From the IMG/VR virus record IMGVR_UViG_3300043411_002463, positions 1 through 64,000 of that record: 64,000 nt of DNA. One strand, 5' to 3'. Shown piece by piece: positions 50,514 through 59,931 of the stretch. This DNA comes from a virus. The translations under genes were made by a program, and so were the position numbers. Below the pieces are notes generated by a model. The model searched no databases, was not told the DNA's origin, and was given only the letters and a program-made list of their open reading frames with translations. Within the stretch, counting starts at the first letter, position 1; each line of letters opens with the position of its first letter.

Positions 50514-51483
50514 AGTTTTATATTTGCCTTTAAATGCAGGAAATCCACAAACAGGAATGTATGATGCTTTTAATTCAATTCCAAATATTAACTTAAGTAT
50601 TTTTGATTATTATGGATTATTTGAATCAAAAAGAAATAAGAATTTTGTTAATGAATCTTTTATTAAAGCAGTTAAAGAATTTCAACCAGATTTAGTTCAC
50701 ATGCAGTTACAGATGACAGATATTATTGAACCATCTGCTATTATGGAAGCTCGCAAACAAGTTAATAAGAATGTTATTTTTACCAACTGGTCTGGAGATG
50801 TAAGAAACACAGCTTCAGCTGAAATATTAAAGATTGCTCCGGCGGTAGATTTTACTTTCATTTCATCTGTTGGACAAATTCCATTATACCAGCAAGCAGG
50901 CTGTCAAAATGTTAGATATTGGCAAATAGGATATGATCCAAAAATATTCTTTCCCAAAAATCAAAGCAATTTCACTTATGATCTTGTGTTTGCAGGAAAT
51001 GCATATCCTCCAGGGTTATTTGTTGATACTCAAAAACGTTATGATTTAATAGTAAAATTAAAATCTTATTTTGGTGATAGATTTGGAGTGTTTGGGTCTG
51101 GATATAGACCAGACCTCAAAGCCAAGCCAATTTCAGGCTCAGAAGTTAATAATGTCTACAATTCATCTTTATCTATTTTTAGTATGAGTAATTACAATGA
51201 TATTTCTCATTATTTTTCAGATAGATTATTGACTTGTTTGGCTTCGGGTCGACCAACAATTTCTTATAACTTTCCAGATTATCAAAGTTATTTTTCAAAC
51301 AATTGTGATATAATAATGGCATCTACTTTTGAAGAAATTGTTTCAATGGTAGAGTGGTGCAAATCAAACATGGACCAAGCAAATAGAATTGGACAGGCTG
51401 GAGCTAAAAAAGTTCAAAGCCAACATACATACAAGTCTAGAGTAATAGAGTTATTAAGACTATTAGGATTTTCACATGATTAA
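50506..51483 (+). CDS. CgeB-like / glycosyltransferase group 1 protein
   Basis: EFQPDLV, WSGDVR, GYDP..F.P, YDLVFAGN.Y, YFSDRLL..LASG, G.AGAKKV...HTY..R. Confidence 0.8.
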   Translation: MIKVLYLPLNAGNPQTGMYDAFNSIPNINLSIFDYYGLFESKRNKNFVNESFIKAVKEFQPDLVHMQLQMTDIIEPSAIMEARKQVNKNVIFTNWSGDVRNTASAEILKIAPAVDFTFISSVGQIPLYQQAGCQNVRYWQIGYDPKIFFPKNQSNFTYDLVFAGNAYPPGLFVDTQKRYDLIVKLKSYFGDRFGVFGSGYRPDLKAKPISGSEVNNVYNSSLSIFSMSNYNDISHYFSDRLLTCLASGRPTISYNFPDYQSYFSNNCDIIMASTFEEIVSMVEWCKSNMDQANRIGQAGAKKVQSQHTYKSRVIELLRLLGFSHD

Positions 51484-52054
51484 TTTAATTACTTCATATT
51501 ATAAAGATTCAAACCAAGACAGAAGAAAAGAAATAGATTATTGTTTTTATAAAAACTCAATATTATCTAATGTTAACTTTATTGTTTTAGAATCTCAAAC
51601 AAGAGTTAAGTTTTGTGAATATTTTGACTATCTGAATAAAATAACAAATCCAGATGATGTTAATATTGTTTGCAATTCTGATGTTTATTTTGAATCCGAA
51701 ATTTTACTATCTGAAAAAATTAAAGATGATCAAGCCTTTGCATTATCAAGATGGGATTTGCAAAATGATGGTACTTTGAAGTTTTTTGATCGACCAGATA
51801 GTCAAGATGCTTGGGTCTTTAGGGGTAAGATTAGAAATGTTTATTCTGATTTTTATATGGGCTATAGGGGTTGTGATAATCGTTTGGCTTATGAGCTAGC
51901 CCAAGGTGGCTATAGTGTATTTAATCCTTCAAAAACATTAAAATCAATTCATGTACACACTTCTAATGTTAGAAACTATACATATAATGATAAATTAGTT
52001 GTACCAGGACCATACAAATCAATTGATACAAGATATCTTGAAGAAGTACCATGA
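51476..52054 (+). CDS. Putative GT-A-like glycosyltransferase (viral conserved hypothetical)
   Basis: IVCNSDVYF (DxD-like), ALSRWD, SQDAWVF, GCDNRLAY, HVH. Confidence 0.5.
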   Translation: MINLITSYYKDSNQDRRKEIDYCFYKNSILSNVNFIVLESQTRVKFCEYFDYLNKITNPDDVNIVCNSDVYFESEILLSEKIKDDQAFALSRWDLQNDGTLKFFDRPDSQDAWVFRGKIRNVYSDFYMGYRGCDNRLAYELAQGGYSVFNPSKTLKSIHVHTSNVRNYTYNDKLVVPGPYKSIDTRYLEEVP

Positions 52055-52962
52055 ATATTATATTTTATAATCATTTCCATAATGGAGATATTCATTTATC
52101 TAGAACTTTTATTGAGAAAATTTCTTATTATCTATTGAATAATAGGTTACACTCAAATTTTTTCTATTCTCATAGAAATTCTCAGAAATTATTAAGAGAT
52201 TTAACACCGCTTGTATCTTCTGATAATATTTTTTTTAAAATAGCTCATCAATATAAATTATTTGAAGATAAAGATAATGCGTATTTTATTAATACTTGGT
52301 ATGCTTCAAATTACAATAAGTATATGAATAATTATGGAATTACATTTGATACTTTATATGATTTATTTGATGATTTAACGAAAACATTGTGGAAATTTTC
52401 ATTGGCTGATGTTGATTCTAACCCTGTTAATTTTTTCCCTAAGATTAATTATGATAGATTTGAAATTAATAGTGCTAAGCAATTTTTAAGTAATATTAAA
52501 CAAAAAAAAGTTTTTATTCAAAACGGATTGGCATTATCAGGACAAAGTAATAACTTTAATTTCACCAATATAATTGCAAATTTATCTAAAAAATTCCCAG
52601 ATCTATATTTTGTAATCTCTGACAATGATAGTAATTTACCATTTTTATATAATGCCGAATTTAGTTCTAAAATAATTAATATAAAAGATAATGATTTAAA
52701 TGAAAATGCATATATTTCATCTATGTGTGATGTGATAATTGGTAGGGCTAGTGGAAGCTTTACATTTGCATTTAATCAAGATAATTTGTTTAATAGAGAA
52801 ACTCAATATATTTGTTTTAGTAATCTAATTCCTAAAAAACAATTTTGGTTAGGTGATAAATTCCATGATATAATTGATTATAAGGCTAAAATATTAAATA
52901 GCAATACGGCATCAGAAATAGAAGCTGAGCAAATTATTACTAAAGTTTTGGAGAAATTATGA
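52051..52962 (+). CDS. Putative GT-B (GT9-like) glycosyltransferase
   Basis: HNGDIHLS N-terminal motif and DLNENAYIS..CDVIIGRASG C-terminal motif. Confidence 0.5.
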   Translation: MNIIFYNHFHNGDIHLSRTFIEKISYYLLNNRLHSNFFYSHRNSQKLLRDLTPLVSSDNIFFKIAHQYKLFEDKDNAYFINTWYASNYNKYMNNYGITFDTLYDLFDDLTKTLWKFSLADVDSNPVNFFPKINYDRFEINSAKQFLSNIKQKKVFIQNGLALSGQSNNFNFTNIIANLSKKFPDLYFVISDNDSNLPFLYNAEFSSKIINIKDNDLNENAYISSMCDVIIGRASGSFTFAFNQDNLFNRETQYICFSNLIPKKQFWLGDKFHDIIDYKAKILNSNTASEIEAEQIITKVLEKL

Positions 52963-53579
52963 AGTTATGTATTTTTGGAGCTGGTGGATTTGCTAAAGAA
53001 GTTGCTTGGTTAGCTAATGAGTGTGGTTTTGATGTAGCTGCCTTTATAGATGTTAAAGAAAAAGAAGATGTATTAGGAATACCAGTCTATACCATTAATT
53101 ATTTTGATCCACAAATGCATTCAGCAGTGATAGCCGTTGGGTCACCAGATTTGAGAAAAAAAATAGTTAAAAATTTAAGTAATACTAATACTAAATTTAC
53201 TACATTAATTCATCCATCTGTTCATGTAGGATTATATTCTATTATTGGAAGAGGTTCAGTTATTTGTGCAAATAGTATTATTACCTGTAATGTTAATTTG
53301 GGTAATTTTTCTCAAATTAATTTAGCAACTACTATTGGACATGATGTAACTACTGGAGATTTTTTTACAACAGCACCACAAGTTGCAATCTCAGGTGGTT
53401 GTAATATAGGTTCGGAGGTATACTTTGGAACACATGCTTGTGCCTTAGAAAATTTAAATATATGTAGTAGAGTTATTGTAGGTGCATCTGCCACTATTAC
53501 TAAAGATTTAGTTTCTGCAGGTACTTACGTTGGTACTCCTGCTAAATTAATGTTGCCATCTCCTGCTTTAGAAACATGA
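52959..53579 (+). CDS. NDP-amino-sugar N-acetyltransferase (PglD/NeuD/PerB family)
   Basis: IFGAGGFAKEV, IAVGSP..R, TLIHPS, hexapeptide repeats, IGHD catalytic His, GTPAK. Confidence 0.9.
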   Translation: MKLCIFGAGGFAKEVAWLANECGFDVAAFIDVKEKEDVLGIPVYTINYFDPQMHSAVIAVGSPDLRKKIVKNLSNTNTKFTTLIHPSVHVGLYSIIGRGSVICANSIITCNVNLGNFSQINLATTIGHDVTTGDFFTTAPQVAISGGCNIGSEVYFGTHACALENLNICSRVIVGASATITKDLVSAGTYVGTPAKLMLPSPALET

Positions 53580-54433
53580 ACTTTAGCTTTAATCAAGATA
53601 GAAGAGATAAAGTTTTAGGGTATGGTCAATATAAGATTGACAAGGAGACGGTTTGTTTTTTACCATTTAGGGGCGAGTTTGGGTGGTATCTAATGAACTT
53701 TGTGAAAAGAGTTCATGGATTTAATCATTCTAATAAGTGGGTCTTTTGTAAACCTGGACATGAAGTATTGTTTCCTAGTGCAACTAAATTCTTTTATGAT
53801 TGGTCAGATGTTCCAGATGATAAAAAGGCAGGCGTAGTAGTTACTAAAGATGAAGATTGGTTAAAATTTAAAATATTAACTGACTTTAATCTTTCTACAG
53901 ACCAAATTCATTTTTGTTCTCCTTTAGAAACTTCATGGGAAGAAAAACTTTCTCTTGCTGAGTTTGCTCCAGAGTTAAATAATAGATTTGATAATAATTT
54001 AAAGGTTGATATTGTCTTAACTCCAAGACATAGAAAAGTAGATCCATTAAGGAATTGGAAACCAGAAATTTGGCAAGCTCTTATTTATAGATTAAAAGAT
54101 TTAGGTTATTCAGTTGGAATATGTGGAGCTAAAGATTCTACCTTTCCACTTTTAGGAGCTGATTATTATTCATATGATTATGTTAATGTTGATTCTGATG
54201 TAGAATTAATGAAAAAATCTAAGTTGGTTATAACTTGTGAATCTGGTCTTTTATATTTATCATTTTTATGCAAATCTCCAACAATTTGTTTAGGTTTATG
54301 GCATGGAGATTTGGGCTCTATATTGCATAGACCTAAAAATGTATTTTTTAAAGAATGTCGTGAAGGTTGGGAAAATCCTGAAATTTTGGTTCAAGAAATT
54401 ATAGGGTACATGACACACTCCTATGATATATAA
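53576..54433 (+). CDS. GT9 (heptosyltransferase)-like glycosyltransferase
   Basis: RGEFGW, RNWKPEIWQALI..L, LMKKSKLVITCESGLLYLS..PTI. Confidence 0.6.
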   Translation: MNFSFNQDRRDKVLGYGQYKIDKETVCFLPFRGEFGWYLMNFVKRVHGFNHSNKWVFCKPGHEVLFPSATKFFYDWSDVPDDKKAGVVVTKDEDWLKFKILTDFNLSTDQIHFCSPLETSWEEKLSLAEFAPELNNRFDNNLKVDIVLTPRHRKVDPLRNWKPEIWQALIYRLKDLGYSVGICGAKDSTFPLLGADYYSYDYVNVDSDVELMKKSKLVITCESGLLYLSFLCKSPTICLGLWHGDLGSILHRPKNVFFKECREGWENPEILVQEIIGYMTHSYDI

Positions 54434-54439
54434 TGAGGC

Positions 54440-54733
54440 ATGAGTACTTTAGCAGAATTAATAGATAAATTAATAACAACAGATACAAAACTATATGATG
54501 TCCAATCTAATCTTTATGAGATTAGAAAAATGACTTTTGAAGAATTCAAAGAAGCATATTCATCAGATGAACAGATGATGAAGCTTTATACAACCTTTAA
54601 AAAGGCGTGTGACTTGAATGTTACCCGAAATCAATATATGTTTGCAATTGATAAACAATTAGAATCAATTATCGATGAGCGTATTGCTGGTAAAAAAGAA
54701 GGTCATTCTTTCGACCCTCATAAAATTTATTAA
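54440..54733 (+). CDS. Small helical protein of the 'ELIDKL' type often found beside glycosyltransferases
   Basis: TLAELIDKL..LNVTRNQ..IDK pattern; GAGG SD. Confidence 0.6.
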   Translation: MSTLAELIDKLITTDTKLYDVQSNLYEIRKMTFEEFKEAYSSDEQMMKLYTTFKKACDLNVTRNQYMFAIDKQLESIIDERIAGKKEGHSFDPHKIY

Positions 54734-54963
54734 TGAACCACTTGTACAATAAGTTTAATTTCAATTCCTTTTTTAATGGAATTTCTGGTTTTTTATTTAT
54801 AGATGAAAAGCCAGTTCTGATTTATTGGGAAAAAGAATTGGAAATTTATGTCATTGAAGGCAAAAATATAATACATGTTAGCTCGATAGCTGATTATGAA
54901 ATGTCTAGGATTGAAGAGCAGGTTATAAGTGAATTTAGAAACAAATATTATAAGCTACAATGA
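54733..54963 (+). CDS. Hypothetical protein
   Basis: 76-aa ORF coupled to both neighbours (TAATG and ATGA overlaps). Confidence 0.7.
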   Translation: MNHLYNKFNFNSFFNGISGFLFIDEKPVLIYWEKELEIYVIEGKNIIHVSSIADYEMSRIEEQVISEFRNKYYKLQ

Positions 54964-56135
54964 TACCAGTATATAAACCATCTTTAAATAAAGAAGAAAT
55001 AAAAGAATATTTAAGTCAAGTTATTGACAGTACTTGGTTAACCTATGCTGGTGATTTTTTCAAGATTACATCTGAGAAATTAAAAAAAGTATTAGATGTT
55101 AAGCACGTATTATTATGTAATAATGGAAGTAGTGCCACTCATTTAGTAGCATTAGCTTTAAAGTTTAAGCATCCGGAAATTACAGACATTATTATTCCCA
55201 ATAATGTTTACATTGCAGCAATTAATGCATTTATTCAAGATGGAAATTATATTTGTCATTCTGTTGATGCTGATATTAATACCTGGAATTATTCTTTACA
55301 AGAGTTAGATTATCAATACAATAAAATTTCCAATAATGGACTTAAAAAAGTTGCTATTTTAATAGTTCATAATATTGGAAACATAATTAATGTTCCTAAG
55401 CTTCAAAGAAAATATCCCAATGCAGTCTTTGTTGTAGATAACTGTGAGGGATTTACTGGATCTCATGAAGGAATTAATAGTGCATCTATTGGATTGGCTA
55501 GTAGTATTTCTGGATTTGGAAATAAAACCATAACTAGTGGTGAGTTTGGAGTTTTTTGTACCAATGATACAGAAGTATATCATTATATAAAGTGTATTTG
55601 GGGGCAGGGGATGGCGTTATCTAGTTTGCCACTAGATGATAATGGACAAGAAATACAGAGTCTATCATTCTTATTAGGCAAGAGGTATCAACATCCAGTT
55701 TTGGGTTTTAATTATAGAGCAACTAATTTACAAGCTGCAGTAATAGCTTCGCAATTAAATAGCCTAGATGAGATTTTATCTAAGAAAAAAAGATTATTTG
55801 GTTTATATAGAAGATATTGTAGAAATTTAGAAAATATTTTGCCTCAAAAAATAGAAGAAGATACTGTTCATTCTCATTGGATGTTTGGTGTTAGAATTTT
55901 GGGGAAAAAATATAAAGAAATAGAAAAAATATTTTTAAATAATGGAGTAGAGTGTCGGCAAATGTTTTTCCCACTATCTAGTTCTTTTACTAAAGATAGA
56001 AAAGATGTATTGCTTTGGAAAGAAACCGTTGCTCAAACTTTAAATGAAGAATGTGTTATTCTCCCAAGTTTTCCTGATATAGCAGATGAAGAGATTTTTC
56101 AAGTAATAAAATGTTTAATTGAAGTAAATGGATAA
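54960..56135 (+). CDS. DegT/DnrJ/EryC1/StrS PLP-dependent sugar aminotransferase, perosamine-synthase-like
   Basis: MIPVYKP, NNGSSATHL, VDNCEG, S.FGNKTITSGE.G (PLP lysine), GFNYRATNLQAA, ILPSFP. Confidence 0.9.
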   Translation: MIPVYKPSLNKEEIKEYLSQVIDSTWLTYAGDFFKITSEKLKKVLDVKHVLLCNNGSSATHLVALALKFKHPEITDIIIPNNVYIAAINAFIQDGNYICHSVDADINTWNYSLQELDYQYNKISNNGLKKVAILIVHNIGNIINVPKLQRKYPNAVFVVDNCEGFTGSHEGINSASIGLASSISGFGNKTITSGEFGVFCTNDTEVYHYIKCIWGQGMALSSLPLDDNGQEIQSLSFLLGKRYQHPVLGFNYRATNLQAAVIASQLNSLDEILSKKKRLFGLYRRYCRNLENILPQKIEEDTVHSHWMFGVRILGKKYKEIEKIFLNNGVECRQMFFPLSSSFTKDRKDVLLWKETVAQTLNEECVILPSFPDIADEEIFQVIKCLIEVNG

Positions 56136-57750
56136 AAATATGGATAAAAAATCAGAATTAAAAAAAGAATTAAGCCCAATTGATGCAATTAATATTTACA
56201 ATAAATTAGTTGAATTTTTAGCAAAATTAGATTTTGAACAAACAGTTATTCCTATTAAAATAAAAGAAGAACTTGAATTGTTTTCATCAAAAGACGAAAG
56301 CCAAAAAGATAAGTTATTCTCTTTATTTAAAGAGAAGCATTCTTTAGAATTAAGATTATTTATTTTAAATAAGTTTAAAAATACTTTATTGAAAGAGTTT
56401 GATTCCATTAAAATGACATCAGAAGAAATGTTGTCAAAATATGAAATATTTACTGAAAGAGAATTTGATATTAATAAACAATTTGCTTTGCAACTTGAAC
56501 ACTTAGTACCTACTCTCATGAAACAGAGTTATTTACTTGATGCTGGATTTACACCTGAAGAAATCACTTCAATTTTAACAAAAGAAGAAGAAGCAAAAAT
56601 AGAAATTGAAAAATTATTTGCTCAAAAAAAACACAGAACATTTGATGGCTTGTTCAAGAGAGTAGAAAAAGAATCAAATACAGAAAATGCAGGGACTGAA
56701 TCAGCAGATTCATTACAAAAAACAGGTAGTATTTATGCAAATAGTGTAAAAGAAGCTATCTATAAAATAAAAGAATTGTTTTCAAAAGTGAAAGAACCTC
56801 AACCCAGCGATCAAGAATCTAGTGAAGGTGAAGATTTAGGAGAAATAACAGAAGATGATTCTTTACAAGAATCAGATCTATCTACTGATATTTGTTCAAA
56901 CATAGAATCTATGTCCATTCCAGGAACATATTTTAGCGTAGATACTAAAGATATGTTAAAAGATCTTGATTTTTTAGAAGCAATGGGTAAAAATACCAAG
57001 ACTGATCTACCTGCTCAACAACAAAAGTCACTAAACCAAATGATGACTAATCAAGGTGGATTTAAAAAAATAAACAAAGAAATAGAAGATGATTTCTCTA
57101 GCGTTTTATTTGGGGAAAATGAAATTAAAAATATTAAAAATATGAATGCTAATGATTTATTTTATTTATACTTAAATGAATTAAAAAAAATCTTACATCA
57201 AGGTAATCTTGATAAAATCTATAAATCAAGAGAATTAATGGAAATATCATATAATTTAATATTGTGTTTCATTAAAAAACACAATGATTTAGAGGCAATT
57301 AAATCTATACCTGATAATGCTAATAAATTTTGGATTTTTATTAAAAGTGAGTTAGGATTATATCTTAATGTATTAAAGTTTCCATCAGTTGATAATATAA
57401 ATACAATGTATAATATTATTATTAATAATAAAGAATCAATTGTTGAAAAATTAGAAAAATGTATCAATTTTAATCATAATGTTACTGAAAAAACAACAGA
57501 AGTTCAACCAACTAATAAAGACATTAGTTCTTCATTACAAAATCTGTTTAATAATCAATCATCACCTTCACAAAACGAAGTTGTATCACAACCAGGCGAA
57601 GTTACCACAGCAGGTCAACCACCACTAAGCATTAAAGAAGCTAAAGAAATAATTGCTAAATATTCAGAGATAATAAATCAATCTAAGCCTAATCCAGAAA
57701 CAAATAAATCTTTGATAGATCTTATTGAAGTACTAAACAAATCACTCTAA
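56128..57750 (+). CDS. Hypothetical acidic/helical protein
   Basis: 540-aa ORF with low-complexity acidic linkers and no recognisable motif. May start at ATG 56140. Confidence 0.7.
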   Translation: MDKNMDKKSELKKELSPIDAINIYNKLVEFLAKLDFEQTVIPIKIKEELELFSSKDESQKDKLFSLFKEKHSLELRLFILNKFKNTLLKEFDSIKMTSEEMLSKYEIFTEREFDINKQFALQLEHLVPTLMKQSYLLDAGFTPEEITSILTKEEEAKIEIEKLFAQKKHRTFDGLFKRVEKESNTENAGTESADSLQKTGSIYANSVKEAIYKIKELFSKVKEPQPSDQESSEGEDLGEITEDDSLQESDLSTDICSNIESMSIPGTYFSVDTKDMLKDLDFLEAMGKNTKTDLPAQQQKSLNQMMTNQGGFKKINKEIEDDFSSVLFGENEIKNIKNMNANDLFYLYLNELKKILHQGNLDKIYKSRELMEISYNLILCFIKKHNDLEAIKSIPDNANKFWIFIKSELGLYLNVLKFPSVDNINTMYNIIINNKESIVEKLEKCINFNHNVTEKTTEVQPTNKDISSSLQNLFNNQSSPSQNEVVSQPGEVTTAGQPPLSIKEAKEIIAKYSEIINQSKPNPETNKSLIDLIEVLNKSL

Positions 57751-57761
57751 ATAGTAGAATC

Positions 57762-58016
57762 ATGAGTAAAGAAGATGATCATAGAGGTTGTATACCAATA
57801 ATAGAAAGTTTGCCTGATGACCATTGGATACTTAATTTAGACAAAACACTTTCTGAAATTCAAAACAAATCCGATGAAGAAATGGCGATATATCTTCATT
57901 TGTCATTAGAAGAGTATTATGATTTGCTCAGTCGAGCCGTTGAAAATGTTGAAAGAGAAACGGAACGAATAAACAGATCAATTATTGATAATAAATTAAA
58001 GAAAGATAATAGATGA
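57762..58016 (+). CDS. Hypothetical protein
   Basis: 84-aa ORF, ATGA-coupled to gmd. Confidence 0.6.
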   Translation: MSKEDDHRGCIPIIESLPDDHWILNLDKTLSEIQNKSDEEMAIYLHLSLEEYYDLLSRAVENVERETERINRSIIDNKLKKDNR

Positions 58017-58984
58017 AAAAAGTATTAATAACAGGAATTACGGGACAGACAGGTAGTTTTTTAGCTGATTTGTATTTAGAACGTGGCTGGGAAGTTTATG
58101 GAATGGTTAGAAGAGCTTCTAACTTTAATACACAAAGAATAGACCACATCTTTTCTAAAATTAAACTATCCTTTGGTGATTTGGCAGATCAATCATCTAT
58201 GGATGAGCTTGTTAAATCTGTACAACCTGATGTACTTATTCATTGTGGTGCCCAATCTCACGTCAGAGTATCTTTTGATATACCTGTATATACAGCAGAT
58301 GTAACTGGTGTAGCAACTGTTCGATTATTGGAATCAGTCAGAAAATATAGTCCGGAAACTCATTTTATTAATCTTGCTTCTTCAGAAATGTTTGGTTCTT
58401 CACCGCCGCCACAATCTGAAGCTACATTGTTTCAGCCATGTTCCATTTATGCATGTGCTAAAGTCATGGGATATTATTCAACTATTAATTATAGAGAATC
58501 TTATGGTTTGAAAGCATCTAATGCAATTGTTTTCAATAAAGAGTCAGAACGACGAGGTGAAACATTTGTTACTAGAAAAATAACAAGAGCTGCTACCAGA
58601 ATTAAGTTAGGATTACAAGACAAGTTATATCTTGGAAATTTACAAGCAAAAAGAACCTGGATGCATTGTTGGGATGCTTGCGAAGCTTTGGAGTTGATGG
58701 GTAATGCAGAAACTTCAGATGATTATTGTATTTCTGGCAAAGACATGCATTCGGTTGAAGAATTTGCTAATTTAGTTTTTGATAAGTTGGGATTATCTTT
58801 TAAAGATTATGTAGATTTTGATCCTAAACTATTAAGACCAAGAGAAGTAGATGCTCTTCAAGGAGATTATACAAAGATAAATAAAGCTTTGGGTTGGGAG
58901 CCAAAAATCTCATTTGAAGGATTGGTAGATAGAATGTTGAATTACGATCTTGAATTGGCACAACAAGAAAAGAAATTAAAATGA
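58013..58984 (+). CDS. gmd: GDP-mannose 4,6-dehydratase
   Basis: LITGITGQ.GS.LA, RRASNFNT.RI.H, AQSHVRVSF, ASSEMFG, YACAK, ES.RRGETFVTRKITRA, LGNL.AKR, RP.EVD.L.GD. Confidence 0.92.
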   Translation: MKKVLITGITGQTGSFLADLYLERGWEVYGMVRRASNFNTQRIDHIFSKIKLSFGDLADQSSMDELVKSVQPDVLIHCGAQSHVRVSFDIPVYTADVTGVATVRLLESVRKYSPETHFINLASSEMFGSSPPPQSEATLFQPCSIYACAKVMGYYSTINYRESYGLKASNAIVFNKESERRGETFVTRKITRAATRIKLGLQDKLYLGNLQAKRTWMHCWDACEALELMGNAETSDDYCISGKDMHSVEEFANLVFDKLGLSFKDYVDFDPKLLRPREVDALQGDYTKINKALGWEPKISFEGLVDRMLNYDLELAQQEKKLK

Positions 58985-59931
58985 AGAAGATATTAATTAC
59001 AGGTTCTTGTGGTTTTATAGGTTCTAATTTTGTTAGATATGCAACTTATAACAAACTACCATACCAAATATCAAGTGTAGATAAATTAGTATATCAACAC
59101 TCAAAAAATAATCTTTATATAAATAAAGATCATAATTTTTATATGGGTGATATTTCTGATTTTCATTTTATGAAAAATGTTTTTGAGTTAGAAAAACCAC
59201 ATATAGTTATTAATTTTGCAGCTGAAACACATGTGGATCAATCCATTGAAAATCCATTAAATATAATAGATGTAAACGTAAAAGGCACTCAAGTATTATT
59301 AGATTTAGCTGTTAAAAATAAAATAGAAAAATTTGTTCAAGTATCAACAGATGAAGTATATGGTCATTTAAATGATGGCGATAAACCTTGGACTGAAGAA
59401 GATAAAACTAACCCAAGAAATCCATATTCTGCTAGTAAGTTAGGAGCGGAACATTTAGTTAGAGCTTGCCATAATACTTTTGGGTTAAATTATATAATTA
59501 CAAGAAGTTGTAATAATTTTGGAATAAGACAATCTACTAGAAATTTGATACCTAAAATAATTAAAAATGTTTCGGCTAGCGAAGTTATGCCGATTTATGG
59601 CACAGGCATGAATGTTAGGGAATGGATATCAGCAGAAGATCATGTAGCGGCAATCTTAAAGATATTGGATAGTGATAAAACAAACGAAACATTTAATATA
59701 TCGACGGGGTGGGAAATCTCAAATTTGGAGATGTTTCATTTAGTTACTGGATTTCTTAATAAAGGTCATGATTTAATACGTTTCGTGCAAGATCGTCCCG
59801 GACATGATTTTCGTTACGCTATAGACAATGCTAAGCTCGTTGCATTGGGTTGGAAGCCAAGTGCATCATTTAAAAAACAATTAGAGCGTGCAGTTAATTG
59901 GTACGGAAATAATCAATGGTTCCTTAGATGA
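58981..59931 (+). CDS. rfbB: dTDP-glucose 4,6-dehydratase
   Basis: TGSCGFIGSNF, DKL.Y, FAAETHVDQSI, VSTDEVYG, PYSASK, YG.G.NVREW, DRPGHDFRYAID. Confidence 0.9.
   Translation: MKKILITGSCGFIGSNFVRYATYNKLPYQISSVDKLVYQHSKNNLYINKDHNFYMGDISDFHFMKNVFELEKPHIVINFAAETHVDQSIENPLNIIDVNVKGTQVLLDLAVKNKIEKFVQVSTDEVYGHLNDGDKPWTEEDKTNPRNPYSASKLGAEHLVRACHNTFGLNYIITRSCNNFGIRQSTRNLIPKIIKNVSASEVMPIYGTGMNVREWISAEDHVAAILKILDSDKTNETFNISTGWEISNLEMFHLVTGFLNKGHDLIRFVQDRPGHDFRYAIDNAKLVALGWKPSASFKKQLERAVNWYGNNQWFLR

Noticed and set aside
56128-56150. ATGGATAAAAA duplicated at the gene start (MDKNMDKK)
   Set aside because: Short tandem duplication that only makes the start codon ambiguous.
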